Assembly (NCBI GenBank): GCA_048939625.1
Contig: JBHLPH010000002.1
Location: 64,001-128,000 of the forward strand
Reading direction: 5' to 3'
Length of the DNA stretch: 64,000 nucleotides
From: Promethearchaeota archaeon
GTDB taxonomy: Archaea > Asgardarchaeota > Hermodarchaeia > Hermodarchaeales > Hermodarchaeaceae
Positions 18,102-27,621 of this stretch are shown piece after piece (positions within the stretch are counted from its first letter, which is position 1; each line of letters opens with the position of its first letter). Position numbers and translations under genes: made by a program. A model generated the notes under the pieces. The model searched no databases and was not told the DNA's origin. It was given only the letters and a program-made list of their open reading frames with translations.

Positions 18102-19475
18102 TTACGCAGGGAATTTCATTGTCACGCCAGGTGTGGGGATTTGTACGGGGATATTGGTGGCTTTGATGAAATTTTTGAAGAGTGCGGGGGCTTCTGTATG
18201 AATTGGTATGACTCGTTTTGGTTGAATTTCTTCCAGGGTTTGTGACAGTTGGAGTGGATGGATGTGGCCTGAACAGTGGGCGGAATACATTGCAAGCCCA
18301 GATAACGCAAGCCAATTGAGTAGTTTTTCAAAGCTAATCTCGCTTTCTTCATTGAACGGCTCTGAAGCGCTCAGCAAGTACACTCCGGATTCAGGGGGTT
18401 TGATTTGCTGAATGGTGCTAATACTGGCAAAACTGCTGCAGAAGATGTATTTGGTTGGGTATTTGTGAAGCTCTTTAGTTGTAACACTTCGATCAGAGAG
18501 CTCTTTAATAGTAGGATCTGCTTCTTTCATTAGTCTTTCATATTTGGAGATACGCTTTTTCTCTCCATCAAACCATCGGATTTCAGTGTCTGTTGCAATG
18601 TTTGGCATGTGGAGGTCACGACATTTATTGATGGCATGAAGAATCCACATTCTTCGAGGGTCAAGCACTAATTGACGATTATTAGCCTTTGCTGCTGTTT
18701 GCATGGTTCGGAAGCGGTCAAAATCTGGTTCAGAAAAATCAGCGATTGCGAGGCTTTTACATCCTTGAATAATCGTAGTAGCTTTTTCGAGTACTTCGTT
18801 TTCAGTGGCTAATTCTGCTTTTGCGATATTAGTTCCTTCACTGAGCACAACGTCTGGTGAACCACCTTTCTGTATCTCATGAACGAAATCTGCGGTGAGA
18901 TGAGGTACAGTTCCATGACGGCGAAAATCGCCTGTATACACGATACTAAGTTCAGAACAGTGAACAATGAAGCCATAAGCTGCGGGGATACTATGATCAA
19001 CATGAACCGGTCGGATGTCTACTCCACCGATTTTCACAGTGTCTCCTGTTCGGAAGGTTTTGATTGTTTGCCCTTCAATATCACAGTCAAAGGTCTTCCG
19101 TGAGCCTTCAAGGCGTGCTTCAAAGATAGTTCTGGTACATTCACCCATATGGATCGGAATGCTTCGGTTCAGTAATGGGAGATAGCCACAGTGATCTGTG
19201 TGGGCATGGGATAATACTACTGCATCAATATCAGAAGTAGGCTGGGTTTTTTTCGATGGTTGATGATAGAGGTTGGGTATGTCAGGTGTAGCGCCAACTT
19301 TGATTAATTCATCAAGGGACCGCGGGGCGATAGGAAAATCATAAAATTCACGCATCGTATCAAAGGATTTCCCGAAGTCGAGAAAGAACTTTACATCATG
19401 ACCTTGATCTTCGATGAGTATTTTATTGGCGCCGATTTCGCCCGCGCCTCCATAGATGGTTATCAATACACTCAT
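18102..19475 (-). CDS. MBL-fold beta-CASP ribonuclease, RNase J-like
   Basis: GG..EIG.N, LDFG, SHAHTDH, VDHSIP, YTGDFR, HCSGH and IPIH. Confidence 0.88.
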   Translation of the reverse strand: MSVLITIYGGAGEIGANKILIEDQGHDVKFFLDFGKSFDTMREFYDFPIAPRSLDELIKVGATPDIPNLYHQPSKKTQPTSDIDAVVLSHAHTDHCGYLPLLNRSIPIHMGECTRTIFEARLEGSRKTFDCDIEGQTIKTFRTGDTVKIGGVDIRPVHVDHSIPAAYGFIVHCSELSIVYTGDFRRHGTVPHLTADFVHEIQKGGSPDVVLSEGTNIAKAELATENEVLEKATTIIQGCKSLAIADFSEPDFDRFRTMQTAAKANNRQLVLDPRRMWILHAINKCRDLHMPNIATDTEIRWFDGEKKRISKYERLMKEADPTIKELSDRSVTTKELHKYPTKYIFCSSFASISTIQQIKPPESGVYLLSASEPFNEESEISFEKLLNWLALSGLAMYSAHCSGHIHPLQLSQTLEEIQPKRVIPIHTEAPALFKNFIKATNIPVQIPTPGVTMKFPA

Positions 19476-19957
19476 GGCTTTTTTCCACCGGACTGATCTT
19501 TTTTACGATTTAATCGACGAATTTTGGGTACATAGCTGCGGAGGATGCCGTGGGAGAGACTTCCGCAGCCTAGGATAGTGTCGTTGTGGGTGACAATTAC
19601 ATATCCTCTTCGGTCGTCTTCATAATTAACCGATTCCCCTCTGAGCCAAGTTTCTGCCTGCAATCTAGTTAATTGGACGATTTGCTTTGTAGCATGAGTA
19701 CCAAGTAGTTGAGCACCATCCATGGAGAGCCGAAATGCTGTGGGCGAGTATTCACCGATGTATAGTCCGGTTGTGCCAGTGTATGGTAATTCCGAAAGGA
19801 GTGCAAATGCTGCATCACTAATAAGGCGAATCCGTTTGCGTCCTGACTTGAGAAACCTAAATCCAGCAAGTTTTGGAATGCCAAATTGGCTATAGAGTAG
19901 TTGCCAGATGTGGGTTTCCCGCGCAGAATCAATGGTCAGTGTTTGGCCGTGAGACAT
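19472..19957 (-). CDS. RsmF C-terminal/PUA-like (NIP7-type) RNA-binding protein
   Basis: GLYIG..FRLSMDGAQL, WLRGE, GYVIV....LGCG and YVPK.RR. Coupled to the upstream methyltransferase by a TAATG overlap. Confidence 0.8.
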   Translation of the reverse strand: MSHGQTLTIDSARETHIWQLLYSQFGIPKLAGFRFLKSGRKRIRLISDAAFALLSELPYTGTTGLYIGEYSPTAFRLSMDGAQLLGTHATKQIVQLTRLQAETWLRGESVNYEDDRRGYVIVTHNDTILGCGSLSHGILRSYVPKIRRLNRKKDQSGGKKP

Positions 19958-20898
19958 TAGGCGTCCTTCCTGATCAAGGCTATGAAGAAGCCGTCTGTAT
20001 CATTATCCTGTGGATAAATTCGAAGACAGTCTTTGAGAGTTTCATGGTAGTGCGTTTTATTCCAGTAGGTGATTCCGGGATGGTAACGAAGGTTTGCGGG
20101 TTGTGGGGATTCAATGGAAGCCAAAGGAAAAGCACCAAGGAGGTGGTCGACCACCGCTTCATTTTCTTCCGGATGCAGACTGCAGGTTGAATAGACTAAC
20201 AGACCTCCCGGTTTGAGTAAGCGGAATGCTGCTGTTAGAAGTCCTTTTTGGATAGTCTGGATGCCGAGAATACGTTGAAGATTAGTAACCTCATATTGAG
20301 GTGATTTACTGCGAAGATGTCCAGACGCGGTGCATGGGGCATCAACAAGGACGCGATCGAATTGAAGAGGGATTCGTGTGGATAGGTGTCGACCATCTTG
20401 GCAAAGTGTGATAGTATTGATGACGCCACACACCTGTATATTGTGACCTAGGCTGGTAAGCCGTCGGAAAGATCTGTCGTTCGCAATTAGTGCGCCTTCG
20501 TTTTTCATCATCTGAGCGATCTGAGTGGTTTTCGATCCGGGAGCGGCACATAAATCAAGAACAACATGGTGTGATTGTGGGTCTAAAATTACGGGAGGAA
20601 CCATACTTCCTCCTTCTTGAATATAGAATAGCCCTAGCGAATATTCTTGGGTAAAGGGGAGTCGCTCATAGTCCCCAGTGATGCGGAATCCATCTGAATA
20701 CCAGGGAAGTGGAACGGGATTAACATTGAGGGCTTCTAATCGAGCGAGACCTGCTGTGAGGTCGGTTTTGATTGTGTTGATGCGGATGAAGTGAGTGGGA
20801 GGTTGGGAAATTGAAGCGAGGAAGCTTAGGTATTCATCTCCAAGAAGGATTTGGAATCGTTCTTCGAAAGCCGATGGGAGAGATTTAGATTTGTTCAT
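19957..20898 (-). CDS. RsmB/NOP2/NSUN-family RNA m5C methyltransferase
   Basis: RINT.K, YIQE..SM.P, DLCAAPGSKT, DAPC, YSTCS..PEENE and DGFF. Confidence 0.95.
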   Translation of the reverse strand: MNKSKSLPSAFEERFQILLGDEYLSFLASISQPPTHFIRINTIKTDLTAGLARLEALNVNPVPLPWYSDGFRITGDYERLPFTQEYSLGLFYIQEGGSMVPPVILDPQSHHVVLDLCAAPGSKTTQIAQMMKNEGALIANDRSFRRLTSLGHNIQVCGVINTITLCQDGRHLSTRIPLQFDRVLVDAPCTASGHLRSKSPQYEVTNLQRILGIQTIQKGLLTAAFRLLKPGGLLVYSTCSLHPEENEAVVDHLLGAFPLASIESPQPANLRYHPGITYWNKTHYHETLKDCLRIYPQDNDTDGFFIALIRKDA

Positions 20899-20926
20899 AT
20901 CTTATAGTGCTTCCTTGAACCCCACA

Positions 20927-22072
20927 TCATGGCGGGGAAGAACTAAGCCGATTCCGATGAATTGACCAGGTGGATATAACGCGATTGCCATCAACAACGT
21001 AATAATGAGCAAAAAGGTTAGCTGTCAGGCATGAATGGTTTGGAATTATACGAAGATGATCACCGGGCGAGAGCGCCTTATGTTGTGTTTTGTCAGCAAA
21101 CGTGATTTTCCCATGTTCCTGAGATAAGCTCGTTATTATTGCCTGATGTGTGGTGTTATTTTCATCCGGATTAAGAACCACTCCATATCCTTGGTTTGAT
21201 GGAATATGTGCTGCTCCGGTATCCTTGGATAAGGCAGTGGCACCGGCGTCGACCACCACATGCGTATCTTGGACACCAACTACGCTGGTAAGCACTGATA
21301 GAGCACAATCGGTGAACCGGCACACGCCAAGTGCGACTTGAGTATTATCAAAAAAGACATAGTTGCCAGGTCGAATTTCGGTTATTCCATCTTTAAATCG
21401 AGTTGCCAGCTTGGCGGTGGGTGTTGAACCTATCGAAACAACCTCAGAAGCTAGTCCATGAGATTGCAAGCTGTCAGAGAAGTGGAGCATTATATCTTGT
21501 TCATGATTAGCAATTGCCTGGATTTCCTGTGGGGATTGAGCAGTGTATGCATGACCCGCATGAGTGAGGATTCCTCCAAAGGTCAGGTTAGACGCCGCAT
21601 CAATTTGCTTTGCAAGAGAAATCGCACGGGAGTCTTGAGGGTCAATCCCACATCGATGATATCCACAATCCACCTTAACTAAGACGGTGAGCTGGAGATC
21701 TGCCGCAATGGAATAGGCTTCCAAGAGGGGAATCATTGCGGAATGATCAGTGACGATATTGAGTTGAGCTTGTTGAGCAAGTTCACCTAGACGAGGAAAT
21801 TTATCAGGAATAATAGGATATGCAAGTGTCACATCCATAAACCCATGATCAATGAACGTACCAGCTTCCCCCAAAGTCGAGACAGTGATGCCGTTTGCGC
21901 CGTATTCACGTTGGAGATTCGCGATTTCCATACATTTGTGTGTTTTAATGTGAGGGCGAAGACAAACCTTGTTTTGATGAGCCTTATCTGCCATGTTCTT
22001 TATGTTTCGGAGAAGTCTACTTTTCTCAATGAGCAAAGCAGGAGTGATTAGGTCATCAATTTTCATCAACAT
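20927..22072 (-). CDS. PLP-dependent fold-type III enzyme, D-serine dehydratase/D-threonine aldolase (DSD1) family
   Basis: TPAL, RPHIKTHK (PLP Lys), HAGH, GSTP, EIRPGNYVF, SQEHG and IPNHSC. Start reassigned to ATG 22072/22066. Confidence 0.92.
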   Translation of the reverse strand: MLMKIDDLITPALLIEKSRLLRNIKNMADKAHQNKVCLRPHIKTHKCMEIANLQREYGANGITVSTLGEAGTFIDHGFMDVTLAYPIIPDKFPRLGELAQQAQLNIVTDHSAMIPLLEAYSIAADLQLTVLVKVDCGYHRCGIDPQDSRAISLAKQIDAASNLTFGGILTHAGHAYTAQSPQEIQAIANHEQDIMLHFSDSLQSHGLASEVVSIGSTPTAKLATRFKDGITEIRPGNYVFFDNTQVALGVCRFTDCALSVLTSVVGVQDTHVVVDAGATALSKDTGAAHIPSNQGYGVVLNPDENNTTHQAIITSLSQEHGKITFADKTQHKALSPGDHLRIIPNHSCLTANLFAHYYVVDGNRVISTWSIHRNRLSSSPP

Positions 22073-22111
22073 CAACTCGTAAATGAACGGATCAACTGCT
22101 GAGAATGTGAA

Positions 22112-22200
22112 AGGTGTGGCTCCGCCTTGACTGAACCCACTTTCCTCGCAGCTCCTAACGGAGGCCTCGGTGGGTTTAAGATAGCCGTGTCGACGGAGCC
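22112..22200 (-). ncRNA. Box H/ACA pseudouridylation guide RNA (single hairpin, K-turn, ACA box)
   Basis: Minus strand: 9-bp lower stem GGCUCCGUC/GGCGGAGCC directly followed by ACA (22117-22115). Pocket strands GGCUAUCUUA and CAGUCA; upper stem AACCCAC/GUGGGUU; CCGA...GCGAGGA K-turn-like motif. ACA is 16 nt from the upper-stem base. Confidence 0.85.
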
Positions 22201-22302
22201 AACTATGCTTTCTGTTCAGCACCTGAAAAAAGCTCCCGTAGAGCGACAAGTGCAACCTTTTTTAACCGCAACAAGCAAAACCCCGTAGTCGAGGGACGCT
22301 TT

Positions 22303-23250
22303 ATGGTGAGCCTAAAATCGTATGAAAAGGTCCGGAAAGCTCTTGAAAAAATCGGGTTACCCGGACAAGATGCCTATGATTTACCAACCAGCGACCACCG
22401 GTTTCCAGATGGAGCCGGCTATCGGATTGAAATCTCGGGCGTTGAACGCCCGGAAGTCTTAGAAGCACTAATTGATGAATCGGATAAACGCGATGTGCCA
22501 GTTCATCGCCTCATTAGTGTCGTCATGGGAGCAACGCTTCTTGACGATAAAGAACTGAAGAAATTTGCCCAACTAGCCCATGATGCACAAATGGAAGTGA
22601 TCCTTACCCCTGGCCCACGAACCAGCTGGGATGTGGGTCGACAACTTGTTACATCTGAAGGTGTCCTGTCAGGAATGCGCTTTCGCGGCGCTGATAAGCT
22701 AGTAGAAGTTATTAGCGATATCAAAAGGGGCATTGAACTAGGCTTCCGAGGTTTCTTAGTCATCGATGAGGGACTACTCTGGGCTTTGAACAAGCTCAAA
22801 GAAATCGGTGAAATCCCGAAGGATATTACCTTCAAGGTAAGCATCTTTGCTGGCCACGCTTCCCCAGCGGGTGGTAAACTGCTAGAAGAATTAGGCGCAG
22901 GTAGCTTCAATCCAGTTGCCGATATGACCGTGCCCCAACTAGCAGCTATTCGCCAAGCAACAAAGCTGCCAATTGACATTCACATCATGCTCATGCCCAG
23001 CTTTGGTGGATTCAATCGATTCTATGAAGCAGCCGAAATTACACGATGCGTCCAACCAGTGTACTACAAATTTGAACCCGGACCGAGTATGGCCTTGTAC
23101 ACACCTTGGTCCTCGATTGACGGCCTAAGTTTCCTTGCCCGTGAAAAAGTCAAATGGGCTGAAATTGTACGAAACTTGATCCAAGATAATTATCCAGAAG
23201 CGAAATTATCAAAACTCGGAGTCAAGGACTTAGCGATCCCTCAACCCTAA
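22303..23250 (+). CDS. Conserved TIM-barrel-like protein (often labelled U32-like), function unknown
   Basis: 315-aa ORF with RFPDGA.YRIEI, G.RGFLV.DEG.L and FKVS; co-oriented with the DapA-Fae gene. Confidence 0.7.
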   Translation: MVSLKSYEKVRKALEKIGLPGQDAYDLPTSDHRFPDGAGYRIEISGVERPEVLEALIDESDKRDVPVHRLISVVMGATLLDDKELKKFAQLAHDAQMEVILTPGPRTSWDVGRQLVTSEGVLSGMRFRGADKLVEVISDIKRGIELGFRGFLVIDEGLLWALNKLKEIGEIPKDITFKVSIFAGHASPAGGKLLEELGAGSFNPVADMTVPQLAAIRQATKLPIDIHIMLMPSFGGFNRFYEAAEITRCVQPVYYKFEPGPSMALYTPWSSIDGLSFLAREKVKWAEIVRNLIQDNYPEAKLSKLGVKDLAIPQP

Positions 23251-23268
23251 AGCGAGGAGCGTTAACAT

Positions 23269-24753
23269 ATGGGATTTAAACCTAGCGGCGTGAATCCAGC
23301 ACTGGTTACGCCGTTTACCAAAGATGGATCGAAAGTTGATGTCACGGCCTTCCGTCAGCTAATTCGCCATTGCATCGATAATTTGGGGGTCACCGGTCTT
23401 GTTCCAGCAGGCACAACTGGAGAATTCACAAGTCTGACATTGACCGAGCACAAGCAAGTAGTAAAGCTTGCAGTTGAAGAAGCAGCAGGTAAGGTGCCAG
23501 TAATTGCAGGAGCCGGAGCGAGTAACACCAAAACAACCATCGAGCTAGTCAAGGCAGCAGAAAAGGCGGGAGCAGATGCGTGTCTGGTGGTCACACCGTA
23601 TTATATGCGTCCAACACTTCGTGGGCTCTATGAGCATTACCGTCAAGTGAGTGAAGTCGGTCTTCCAATTGTTCTGTATAATATCCCTCAATGTACCGGT
23701 CTTGATATGCCGTGGCAAATTGTTGAAGACCTTGCAGATCTTGAAAACATCGTCGGCATCAAAGATTCTAGTGGACAACTAAAGCTCATCCTAGCGGTCT
23801 TGGAGAAAGTTGGTTCGAAAATCAATGTGCTGGTGGGGCATGATGAAGTCGTATTCCCTGCTCTTGCATCGGGTTGTTCGGGGGCTATTCTTGCGAGTGC
23901 CCAATTGATTGGGGATATTTGGTTAGATATGCTCAAGAAGGTACAAGCGAAGAAATTCGATGAAGCCGTTGCACTCCAGTTGAAGGTCCAAAAACTCACG
24001 CGATTGATTGTGGGCTCAGGAGCTGCAGGAACAAAGGCTGGTCTCAAAATGATGGGTGTTCCAGTCGGTAAACCTCGACTACCCTTAACCTTTGGCGGAG
24101 TTCTTACGTATGAGAATCGGGAAGAAATTCGAATCGAACTAGAAAAACTCGGTAAAATCAAGCCCAAAGATGTGATAATTGAAGTCGAACCCAAAGAACC
24201 TCTTAAAGCACGATTTGGGGCATTTGGTTTCTCACCCGACCAGGTTAAAGATTTCTCATTGAAGATTGGTGAAGGGCTCTCTGGGGGTGGAGCTGAAGTC
24301 GCACACATCGACTTGATGATTGGACGTAAGGACGGTCCTGTTGGTTTTGCCTTTGCGCAAGCTAAGGCGGCACCCAAAGAGCGCATGGAACCTCTTCTCG
24401 CCATTCTGGAACCCAACCTCATGGTGAAGCCTGAAACACTGCTCGTTCCAACTGTTGCCAACCGTAGTATGCATCAAGCCAGCCTCTTTGGAGGTCCCGC
24501 ACAAACAGGGTGTGCCAAAGCCGTCATGGATTCCGTTGAAGAAGGTTTTATCCCCAAGTCAGCAGTCGACAAATTAGTAATAATTGCCACAGTCTTTGTC
24601 CATCCCACAGCAGTCGACCGGAAGCGCATCCAAATTAACAACTATAAAGCAATGCGACACGCCATCCGACGAGCCATTGAAGGCCGCCCAAGCATCGAAG
24701 AATTACTCCGCGACAAAGAATTTGCGAAACATCCGTTTCGCTGGGGACCCTGA
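23269..24753 (+). CDS. fae: Fusion: DapA/NAL-family class I aldolase + formaldehyde-activating enzyme (Fae)
   Basis: N-terminal part: VTPF, GTTGE, TPYY, YNIP, GIKDS. C-terminal part: IGE...G.G.EVAHIDL.IG, PNL..KP, GPAQ...AKAV.D, VFVHP, NYKA and HPF. Confidence 0.93.
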   Translation: MGFKPSGVNPALVTPFTKDGSKVDVTAFRQLIRHCIDNLGVTGLVPAGTTGEFTSLTLTEHKQVVKLAVEEAAGKVPVIAGAGASNTKTTIELVKAAEKAGADACLVVTPYYMRPTLRGLYEHYRQVSEVGLPIVLYNIPQCTGLDMPWQIVEDLADLENIVGIKDSSGQLKLILAVLEKVGSKINVLVGHDEVVFPALASGCSGAILASAQLIGDIWLDMLKKVQAKKFDEAVALQLKVQKLTRLIVGSGAAGTKAGLKMMGVPVGKPRLPLTFGGVLTYENREEIRIELEKLGKIKPKDVIIEVEPKEPLKARFGAFGFSPDQVKDFSLKIGEGLSGGGAEVAHIDLMIGRKDGPVGFAFAQAKAAPKERMEPLLAILEPNLMVKPETLLVPTVANRSMHQASLFGGPAQTGCAKAVMDSVEEGFIPKSAVDKLVIIATVFVHPTAVDRKRIQINNYKAMRHAIRRAIEGRPSIEELLRDKEFAKHPFRWGP

Positions 24754-24761
24754 GTCTCCTG

Positions 24762-25745
24762 TTAGAGGATAGATTTGATATTTCCAAGGAATAGGGCAAG
24801 AAAGAGTGCAGCTGAAAGTATGTCAGCAGTGGTTCCTGGATTCAGTTGAGAACCTTGTGAACGGAGGTACTCGTCGAAAGGTTCAGTTTGTGTCGCCCAG
24901 CTCGTTTCTTGCATTTTCATAATTCGTGTATACACTTTCTGGGCACGTTGCATGACATCTTGTGCAACCTCGGCGCCATTTTTCCGTTGGATAAAGGAAT
25001 CGGGGCGATTACTTAGAGCCCAAAGATAGGAGGCAAGGACAGCGTCTTCTGTGCGTGGATGCTGGTTCAGCGCCTTGGTCACTTGAGGGTAGAGCGTATC
25101 AAAGGTGTAAGCGAAGTTCGTGGTATATTCATGGGCAACGGAATCATAACTTGCTGCTAAAGCTTGTAAGTCACAGAGTGTATATTTTTCGCGACGAATC
25201 AACTGAATGGTATGAGGTGATTGGAAATCAAAAGCCTGAGATTGTGGTTTCCATTTGGCTGTTTTAGGAATGGCGCCACCGGGACTAGCTGCCTGTAGGG
25301 CGTGAATAAGTTCAATGGCATCTTCAACAGTAGTATTTGTTAGAATCCGTTTGAGGCTTTGCTGCAATGTTGTTTTTGTGGATCGAGGTCGTGTGATTTC
25401 ATGTCCAGCAGCGGCAGCGAGTGGAACAAGGAGTAGAATTGTGCCAAGTAATGTGTTCTTTCCATGGGGCTCCATTGAGGTTTGGACTGCGAATCTGATG
25501 AGTTTCCCAAGGCGCGAAGGTGTATAATCTGTCGTGCTAAACTCATAGCCCCACTCCGCACTTTGATGAAGGGGATATCCCAAGCTGTTGATGCTGGCAA
25601 CAAAATGGATAAACCGAGTATCAGGGTGGTCCTTGTACCTATGCACATTGCCGGGTTTGGGAGTGAGAATGTCTAAGAACATGGCAAATTGTGCCTTCTC
25701 AGAAATGTCACACAGTTGCTCCTCAACCTTAACTCCCGGAACCAT
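24762..25745 (-). CDS. citG: CitG-family (triphosphoribosyl-dephospho-CoA synthase-like) protein
   Basis: PKPGNVHR, NT.LG..LL..PL, PDS.I.RK.G and NPGTTAD. Confidence 0.9.
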   Translation of the reverse strand: MVPGVKVEEQLCDISEKAQFAMFLDILTPKPGNVHRYKDHPDTRFIHFVASINSLGYPLHQSAEWGYEFSTTDYTPSRLGKLIRFAVQTSMEPHGKNTLLGTILLLVPLAAAAGHEITRPRSTKTTLQQSLKRILTNTTVEDAIELIHALQAASPGGAIPKTAKWKPQSQAFDFQSPHTIQLIRREKYTLCDLQALAASYDSVAHEYTTNFAYTFDTLYPQVTKALNQHPRTEDAVLASYLWALSNRPDSFIQRKNGAEVAQDVMQRAQKVYTRIMKMQETSWATQTEPFDEYLRSQGSQLNPGTTADILSAALFLALFLGNIKSIL

Positions 25746-25857
25746 TTGGGGATATCACCTGTTATGAGAAAAGGGGGATTTGAGTGGTATAAGATGTTTG
25801 GTTGAATCCTTGGAACACCCTCAAGGTTTTTCTCCGGCAACAGAATAATGTCGCTTT

Positions 25858-27201
25858 GTGATGCCGATGCCTCCAAATGAATGGGAACAAAAGGTGCTTT
25901 CCCGGGTTGATGAGTTACGAGATGAGCTCGTAAAATTGTGTCAGGATATTATTCGCATCCCGAGTTGGGATCGCGAGACCAGGGGTGAAGCGGAGGTAGC
26001 TCACCGGGTTGGGAAGACAATGGAAAAGAGGGGAATTCAAACTGAATATGTCACATCTCATCCGAGTATCGATAACCTTGTAGCAACTTGGGCAGCAAAG
26101 AATGGCAAACGCTTACTGTTTAATGGTCATGTAGATGTAGTGCCACCTGGCGAGGATTGGACGGTCGATCCCTTTGCTGCAGAAATCCGCGAGGGTCTCA
26201 TTTATGGACGCGGTGCCATGGACATGAAAGGCGGAGTGGCCTGCATGACGATGGCTATGAGCGCATTACATGATCTTGAGGTGCCATTGAAAGGATCCCT
26301 AATCGTTAATGCAGTTGGCGATGAAGAGCGGCAGGGGAAATTGGGAACAGCATATTGTATTGAAAACGCTTGGAAGAAGATTAAAGCAGATGCAGCAATT
26401 GTTGCTGAGCCTTCAGGAATTGGGCAGTTCGGACACGCTGTTAATATTGGTGAGAAGGGGCCGGTGTGGATGAAGGTTACGACAAAGGGTGAGAAAGCAC
26501 ATGGCAGTATACCATCAGCCGGAAAGAATGCCATTATCATGATGTTTGAGTTGCTTGAAGCCCTCCGTCAAGCTAAACCTCCAACAATTCCACCTCCCAT
26601 AACCCGTAAAGCAATTATTCACCAGTTCGCTGCCAGTTTAAACCTTGAACCAGAAGTGATGGAGTCATTTATTGAAAAGGGAGGTGAATCTAATCCGTTC
26701 TCCGCAGGATTAGAGGGACTTACAGCAAGTACGATGAACATCGGAACAATAAACGGAGGAGTCGCTGCCAATGTAGTACCTGACCGCTGTAATGCCCAAA
26801 TAGATTTTCGGATTCTCCCAGGCCAAACACCGCAGGAGATGGTTGAGTTCATTCAACACTATGCGGAGAAGCTGGGAATCTCAGAGGTCTGTGACATCGA
26901 AATCATTGAAGCATTTGAGGGCAACTCCATTCCCAATTATGAACAAAACAAAATCGTAACCACCATGTTTGATGCCTCAAAAGAAATCGCAGGACCTACT
27001 GTATATTTCCTAGTACCATATGCTACAGATGGTCGCCTTCTCCGCCGCGCGGGCATCGAGTCAACAGTGGTCTATGGACCCGGAAATTTATTCTTAGCGC
27101 ATACAGCAGACGAAAACGTTGCTATTGAGGACTTGGTTAAAGTGACCAAAGTCTTTGCACTGACTGCAATCCGCTATCTGGGAGTGAAGGACTATCGATA
27201 A
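25858..27201 (+). CDS. M20 family (ArgE/DapE-like) metallo-amidohydrolase
   Basis: NGHVDVVP, GRGA.DMKGG, DEE, AEPS, HGS.P and AH..DE. Confidence 0.93.
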   Translation: MMPMPPNEWEQKVLSRVDELRDELVKLCQDIIRIPSWDRETRGEAEVAHRVGKTMEKRGIQTEYVTSHPSIDNLVATWAAKNGKRLLFNGHVDVVPPGEDWTVDPFAAEIREGLIYGRGAMDMKGGVACMTMAMSALHDLEVPLKGSLIVNAVGDEERQGKLGTAYCIENAWKKIKADAAIVAEPSGIGQFGHAVNIGEKGPVWMKVTTKGEKAHGSIPSAGKNAIIMMFELLEALRQAKPPTIPPPITRKAIIHQFAASLNLEPEVMESFIEKGGESNPFSAGLEGLTASTMNIGTINGGVAANVVPDRCNAQIDFRILPGQTPQEMVEFIQHYAEKLGISEVCDIEIIEAFEGNSIPNYEQNKIVTTMFDASKEIAGPTVYFLVPYATDGRLLRRAGIESTVVYGPGNLFLAHTADENVAIEDLVKVTKVFALTAIRYLGVKDYR

Positions 27202-27204
27202 AAT

Positions 27205-27621
27205 CTAGGCAGGACGGAAAACCAGCCGCATCACCGCTTCACTGTCAGCAGATCCAGGGAATTCCTCAAAATCAGCTACTACCGCATCACCCACATGAAT
27301 TTCTTCGGGTTTGAGGGGATCAACTCCTACTAACCGAGTACAGACAGATGGACCTTCCTTGAGTGCCACAATAGCAACGATATAGGGAACATCCTCCGAG
27401 TACTTGATTCCAGCAATGTGAATCACTGTAAAGGAACGAAGTGTCCCTTCTCCACTGAGTTGAGTCCAATCAGTAGTTTTACTATTACAATTTGGACAGA
27501 ACAATCGTGGAGGCAGATGAAGTGCATCACAGCTCGAACAATGGGCTGCACATAGTTTCTGTTCATTGATTAACTCAAAGAATTTCTTGATAGTTGTTTC
27601 TTCACTCATCTCGATTACCAC
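27205..27621 (-). CDS. DUF35 Zn-ribbon/OB-fold thiolase partner
   Basis: CxxC..PPR..CxxC and SG.G.L.SFTV; adjacent to the thiolase gene. Confidence 0.92.
   Translation of the reverse strand: MVIEMSEETTIKKFFELINEQKLCAAHCSSCDALHLPPRLFCPNCNSKTTDWTQLSGEGTLRSFTVIHIAGIKYSEDVPYIVAIVALKEGPSVCTRLVGVDPLKPEEIHVGDAVVADFEEFPGSADSEAVMRLVFRPA

Noticed and set aside
22117-22200. tRNA-Sec or SECIS interpretation of the 9-bp-stem hairpin
   Set aside because: No D, anticodon or T arms and no UCA anticodon; no in-frame UGA gene nearby (MsrB has Cys). The H/ACA features fit much better.
22073-22255. N-terminal extension of the DSD-like ORF as given in the track
   Set aside because: Family homology starts at MKIDDLITPAL; the extension overlaps the H/ACA RNA.
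23269-24150. Assigning dapA (lysine biosynthesis) together with the nearby M20 enzyme as dapE
   Set aside because: The DHDPS-specific Arg is missing, no dapB/asd/lysC is nearby, and M20 specificity cannot be read from motifs.
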